Positions 27,981 through 32,000 of a stretch of 32,000 nt of DNA are shown piece after piece. Each line of letters opens with the position of its first letter. Position 1 is the first letter of the stretch. The position numbers and the translations under genes are program-made. Under the pieces are notes generated by a model. It was not told the DNA's origin and did not search any database. It saw only the letters and a program-made list of their open reading frames with translations. The stretch is from positions 1,500,001 through 1,532,000 of the forward strand of contig NC_017448.1 in NCBI RefSeq assembly GCF_000146505.1, in the 5' to 3' direction. This DNA comes from Fibrobacter succinogenes subsp. succinogenes S85. GTDB taxonomy: Bacteria > Fibrobacterota > Fibrobacteria > Fibrobacterales > Fibrobacteraceae.

Positions 27981-29873
27981 CTAGAGGAACATTTCAATGC
28001 CGCCACGACACTTTTCCCAAGCCGGGTTCTTTTTGCACAAGAGGTCGATCATCTTGTCGTAAGTAGCCGTATTGGAGAAGCCCTTCCACAAGCGACGTTC
28101 CACGGATTCACCGGAATCCTTGTCAATCGTCGTGATGGTGTCGTAGTAGGCCGTGTTGTCCTTGAATTCAGAAATCAAGATGTTCTTCAAGTCATCCGTG
28201 TAAATGCGGGAGGCGTACTTGAGGATGGAATCGTTGAAGTTGAGTTCGTTTTCGACGAGCCATTCGAAGTCCTGGATCGGGTTACCATAAACAAGCCAGT
28301 GCTTAAGGGCGAGAGCGACCACGAGATCCCTAACGGCGCTGCGGAAGATGAACTTGTCTTCGAGACGGCCATTCCACGTGATGCGGGTCAGCGGGTTATC
28401 ATCGTTAGCTTCAATAGACACACCCTTACCCGGAGTGACCTTGCGGATCTTAATCGGGAGACGGCTAAGGAGCTGCCATGCCTTCGTGAAGGCGATAGTC
28501 TTACGGACGAAGTCCTTTTCCTTTTCGGGGGCAACGCGCACAAAAGCACCGAAGCAGCGCTGGTAGAGAGTTTCCTTGTCGAAGATGCAGTCGCTGGAAC
28601 GGCATTCGCTGAGCTTTCCGTCCATGAGGAACAAGGTCTTTGCAAGTTCCGGACGCATACGGACTTCGAGCTTACGGGTACGGGCCTTGAGGCGGACACC
28701 GTCCTTGTAAACGTAGGTAAAGCCTTCTTCCTGGTAACGCTGCCAAATGAAGAACTGCAGGTCGTCAGCGGCACGCAGATGGTAGCTGAACACCGGGTTC
28801 TGGCGGTTGTTAGCCATAGTCACCTGATTCAGGAAGTTGTCGGCACCCTGGTACGGCACAACGACCTTCACGAGCACCTGCGGGTTCACCGGATGCTTGC
28901 TTTTCTTGGCATACTGTTCGTACGTGAAGAGGGACTGAGCACCGTTGATGATCTTCGGGCGTTCAATGAAGAGGACCTTCTTGCCGTCACGTTCCTTGAG
29001 ACGCAGGTCATCGCCCGTAAGGGTCATACCGTTGTGGAGGAACGGGAAGTCGTCGACATTCACATTCTGGTCATCGTTACGTTCCATCGTCTGGAAAGCA
29101 TCGATGAGGGCTGCGTTCGTGTGAGTGAGGTTACCGAGGTAAGTACGGATGTTGGAACTGACGATAGCCATGTTGTGCTTGGTCTTGAGGCGCTTACCAA
29201 GGGCAACGTGGTAGTCAAAAATCGTGCGGATCGGGCAGAAGCCGAGGAAAAGCTCGCCGTGATCAGAAGTGAGGTGGAGCGGTTCAGAGTCCATCTCGAT
29301 TTCAAGCTTGTCGTCTGCGCTGCGGAAGTCGCGGGTAAGGTCGTCATGTTCGGCAATGATTTCAAGCTTTGCCTTGACGTCAGCCTTCCAGAGCATGAGC
29401 TTTCTGCGCATGTCCTTGAGAGTACGTTCAAGTTCGGAGTCCGTGATGTCGCGGCTTGCGCGAGTGCGGAGCACCGTGATTTCGAGCGTTTCCATGTACG
29501 GACGGCTTGCAGGCGTGTCGGAATCTTCTTCGGATTCGTCGTCAGAAATCTTGTTGACTGCCCACGGGTCGGCTTCTTCGCGAAGTGAGAGGAAGAACGG
29601 ATTGGTCGGGTCGCTAGTACGGAACACCGCAATCTGGAGCTGCTTCAAGTCAGCGTTCAGGTGTGCGACAACCTTTTCAAGCGGAGTATCTTCGTCCAAG
29701 AAGATGAAGAATTCCATAAAGCCCTGTGAATACTGGAAGCCGTGGAAGCATCCATTTTCATCTAGGTTCAGATGCCGGAGTGCCTTGATTCTATCGTTCG
29801 GGTCGTTAGGGTTCAAGCTCAAGAGGCTAGCGACAAATGCTAAGCGGCGTTCCTGCGATTTTGTTAGTTCCAT
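27981..29873 (-). CDS. AIPR-like (abortive infection phage resistance family) protein with an unassigned N-terminal region
   Basis: 630 aa from ATG 29873 (GAGG SD 5 nt upstream). The central block NIRTYLGNLTHTNAALIDAF...FPFLHNGMTLTGDD...IINGAQSLFT matches my recollection of the AIPR core (NvR.fLG...N..I..T...NNGITI...IVNG.QT). I recognise nothing in the N-terminal roughly 230 aa or in the acidic linker DDESEEDSD. Confidence 0.45.
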   Translation of the reverse strand: MELTKSQERRLAFVASLLSLNPNDPNDRIKALRHLNLDENGCFHGFQYSQGFMEFFIFLDEDTPLEKVVAHLNADLKQLQIAVFRTSDPTNPFFLSLREEADPWAVNKISDDESEEDSDTPASRPYMETLEITVLRTRASRDITDSELERTLKDMRRKLMLWKADVKAKLEIIAEHDDLTRDFRSADDKLEIEMDSEPLHLTSDHGELFLGFCPIRTIFDYHVALGKRLKTKHNMAIVSSNIRTYLGNLTHTNAALIDAFQTMERNDDQNVNVDDFPFLHNGMTLTGDDLRLKERDGKKVLFIERPKIINGAQSLFTYEQYAKKSKHPVNPQVLVKVVVPYQGADNFLNQVTMANNRQNPVFSYHLRAADDLQFFIWQRYQEEGFTYVYKDGVRLKARTRKLEVRMRPELAKTLFLMDGKLSECRSSDCIFDKETLYQRCFGAFVRVAPEKEKDFVRKTIAFTKAWQLLSRLPIKIRKVTPGKGVSIEANDDNPLTRITWNGRLEDKFIFRSAVRDLVVALALKHWLVYGNPIQDFEWLVENELNFNDSILKYASRIYTDDLKNILISEFKDNTAYYDTITTIDKDSGESVERRLWKGFSNTATYDKMIDLLCKKNPAWEKCRGGIEMFL

Positions 29874-29899
29874 TTTTTCCTCAATAATTACACTGAAAA

Positions 29900-29926
29900 C
29901 CAATATACAATATTATTATATATTGG
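29900..29926. promoter_or_regulatory. 27-bp near-perfect palindrome in the AIPR/LRR divergent region (candidate operator)
   Basis: CCAATATACAATATTATTATATATTGG. 12 of 13 arm positions pair. It lies 27-53 nt upstream of the AIPR-like ATG. Confidence 0.5.
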
Positions 29927-30125
29927 AATATTCGTAATTTGCACCTTAAAAATAGTTTCAAATCATAATATTTGCGTGCAAAAAAGATAAAACATTCAAT
30001 TTTTTTTAGAAAAATACAAAATTTCAGTGCTCAAATGTGTAAAAATCTCATTTTTTACATTTTTTTTGTGGACTTTACGTTTTTTTGAACAAAAAAGCTA
30101 TGATTTAAATATTAGGAGTTTTTTT

Positions 30126-30878
30126 ATGAATTTACTAGACGTTATTGCCAAAGCAAAAAAAGAAAAAGCAAAGACGCTCGACCTTTCCCAGAAAGGCCTG
30201 CGCCTCCTCCCCCCGGAACTTTTTGAAATTGAGTCCCTTGAGGAACTGAACCTCGACCGGAACATGCTTGTCGAAATTCCCGACGACATCGGCCTCCTCA
30301 AGAACCTGAAGAGCCTCTCCGTGAGCGAAAACGACCTCATGGAACTGCCGGAATCCATCGGTGAGCTCACCAAGCTTGAAAACCTCTATCTCGGCTACAA
30401 CAGCCTTTCGGACCTTCCGGAATCTGTCGGCAAGCTCGTGAACCTCCAGACGGTGAACATTGCCAAAAACCAGCTTCTGGACCTGCCGCTCGAAATCGGC
30501 AACTGGCAGAAGGTCGTGAAGCTCTCGCTCCACGACAACATGCTCTCCGAAATTCCGCCGACCATCGGCAAGATGAAGAGCCTCGTGAAGCTCTACCTCG
30601 ACAACAATGAACTTTCAACCATCCCGGCAACGCTCTCGCACCTCGAGAACCTCGAAATCCTCATGATTTCCGGAAACCGCCTGGGAGCCATTCCGTCTGA
30701 ATTCGGCAACCTGAAGAACCTCCGTGAACAGGTACTCGACGCAAACCAGCTCGCCACGCTCCCGGAAAGCCTCGCCGAATGCGAAAACCTCAAGACCATC
30801 TCCATCATCGAAAACCCGATGGAAGAAGGAGTTCCTCGCGTGCTCCTCGACAAGAAGGGCCTGAGCATCGACCAGTAG
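30126..30878 (+). CDS. Leucine-rich repeat (LRR) protein with no other domain
   Basis: 250 aa from ATG 30126 (AGGAG 7 nt upstream). It has nine to ten 23-residue repeats of the form LxxLxLxxNxLxxLPxxIGxLxx. No signal peptide. The GTG extension to 30027 lies in an AT-rich promoter-like sequence. Confidence 0.85.
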   Translation: MNLLDVIAKAKKEKAKTLDLSQKGLRLLPPELFEIESLEELNLDRNMLVEIPDDIGLLKNLKSLSVSENDLMELPESIGELTKLENLYLGYNSLSDLPESVGKLVNLQTVNIAKNQLLDLPLEIGNWQKVVKLSLHDNMLSEIPPTIGKMKSLVKLYLDNNELSTIPATLSHLENLEILMISGNRLGAIPSEFGNLKNLREQVLDANQLATLPESLAECENLKTISIIENPMEEGVPRVLLDKKGLSIDQ

Positions 30879-30894
30879 TATTTGGCGAAAGAAC

Positions 30895-30921
30895 GCCACT
30901 CCGTGGCTACAGACGAGAGAC
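30895..30921 (+). repeat. Hairpin-TAC-AGACGAGAGAC element between the LRR and S41 genes
   Basis: GCCACTCCGTGGC TAC AGACGAGAGAC. GGCTACAGACGAnAGAC is shared with the secDF 3' UTR element (one mismatch in 18 nt). Confidence 0.7.
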
Positions 30922-30946
30922 AAAAAAATTAAGGAGGAAATAGAGG

Positions 30947-32000
30947 ATGAATTCACAAACAAAATTCGTTCGTCACTTCTTTAAATTTTTTTCTCCCGCC
31001 TCTCGTCTGGCATCACTCGTCTTTATTCTCCTATTAGCCGCTTGCTCGGATTTTTTCCATCCAGTCAAGAGCACTCCGAAGCCCAAGTCCGAATACGCAT
31101 TCAATTACTGGCTCCTGCAAAACGTCTACATGTATGAGGACGAACTCCCCAACCTGCAAGAAGACGGGGATTCCGTCCAAATTTTATATACAACGCTCAA
31201 AGACCCCTACACGCGGTACATTCCCCCAGCCAATAGCAACCAAGCCATCACCCAACTCAACACAAGCCTTGTTGAAGGCGATGTCGGAATGCGCTACTTA
31301 TACAACTGGAGCAATGAGTACCCTATCTCCATCGATCGCGTTTATCCCAAAGGCCCAGCCGGCAGGGCCGGAGTTCCGAGACATGGCAACATCCTTAAAG
31401 CAAACGACATAGAGCTCTCTGGAGAAACCGCTGCTACGGTCTACGACTCCATTCTAAATTACAGCAAAAACATCGACATTCTCGTAGCGCATAACGGCGA
31501 TACAACGGCCTACAAACTGGAAAAGGAAACTGTCTACGCACCGACAGTCTTTGTTGATACTCTCTTCGAAAATTCTGACGAAGGATATCCGGGGCTTATA
31601 TTCATTGCCATCGAAGGATTCAAGCTCAATACTGCGGACCAGAAAAAAGGCACTTACGGAGAACTCAAGGCCTACCTGGATTCCACCACTTCGGACAAGC
31701 GAGTCCGCGTCCTGGACCTGAGGGGTAACCCCGGCGGGCATGTAAGCCAGTGCATTTCCATGGCAGATCTCTTTGTTAGCAAAGGAACTCTTTCGACAAA
31801 GCGCTCACGCACGCTGGATGCCGACGGAAAATCAGTCATTCACACCTCAAGTGAAAAAGCCAAAGCCGGAGACATCGGAGAATCAGGGAAATACATCATC
31901 CTAGCCAACCGAGGTTCCGCTAGCGCTTCTGAGATTTTCATATCGGCAGTCACCGAACTGACAGACATCCCTCTCGTCGGCACAAGGACTTACGGCAAAG
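30947..32000 (+). CDS. S41 family peptidase lipoprotein (3' end lies outside the window)
   Basis: AGGAGG/AGAGG precedes ATG 30947. My own translation of frame 2 is open to the window end. It has the lipobox LLLAAC, a PDZ-like segment and S41 blocks (LDLRGNPGGHV; ILANRGSASASEIFISA; GTRTYGK). It is not in the ORF track because it has no stop inside the window. Confidence 0.85.
   Translation, partial: MNSQTKFVRHFFKFFSPASRLASLVFILLLAACSDFFHPVKSTPKPKSEYAFNYWLLQNVYMYEDELPNLQEDGDSVQILYTTLKDPYTRYIPPANSNQAITQLNTSLVEGDVGMRYLYNWSNEYPISIDRVYPKGPAGRAGVPRHGNILKANDIELSGETAATVYDSILNYSKNIDILVAHNGDTTAYKLEKETVYAPTVFVDTLFENSDEGYPGLIFIAIEGFKLNTADQKKGTYGELKAYLDSTTSDKRVRVLDLRGNPGGHVSQCISMADLFVSKGTLSTKRSRTLDADGKSVIHTSSEKAKAGDIGESGKYIILANRGSASASEIFISAVTELTDIPLVGTRTYGK

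Noticed and set aside
30035-30088. A 17-codon hydrophobic sORF (MCKNLIFYIFFVDFTFF) in the AIPR/LRR intergenic region.
   Set aside because: It has no SD. Its composition simply reflects T-runs in AT-rich promoter DNA, and no paralogue or other support exists.

Overview
This 32-kb window is a gene-dense, mostly housekeeping chromosomal segment. I support 22 protein-coding genes. I saw no rRNA, tRNA, CRISPR array, transposase or integrase. The gene content includes a giant SprA/Sov-like type IX secretion (T9SS) protein, BatD/BatE, a fused SecDF, a GH13+GH77 alpha-glucan pair, MnmA, GyrB and two S41 peptidases. Together with roughly 50 % GC by eye and strong third-position codon bias, this points to an FCB-group bacterium, most compatible with Fibrobacter. 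The taxon is inference only, because no search was possible. Six things are not explained by routine annotation. (1) Two tandem, self-contained micro-gene units lie between malQ and batD, each with its own promoter, AAGGAG ribosome-binding site (SD), ORF and terminator. They encode a 20-aa hydrophobic-cationic peptide, and one copy is frameshifted. (2) A 990-bp insertion is bounded by 106-bp imperfect direct repeats that duplicate the 3' end of the batE-like gene. It carries an AT-richer Ser-rich lipoprotein gene. (3) An AIPR-like putative abortive-infection gene forms its own transcription unit. It is divergent from an LRR-only protein plus S41 lipoprotein pair across an AT-rich region holding a 27-bp near-perfect palindrome. 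(4) Short intergenic elements recur: hairpin-TAC-AGACGA(A/G)AGAC, an AGAACTT heptamer array, and a stop-anchored CCGCAGTAG element. (5) A TAnnTTTG / TATATTG(G/C) box recurs 24-43 nt upstream of many start codons. (6) Ser/Ala-rich or KTDSVK-type low-complexity inserts occur in SprA, SecDF and Ctp. All family calls rest on motifs I recognise in the translations. None was checked against a database.
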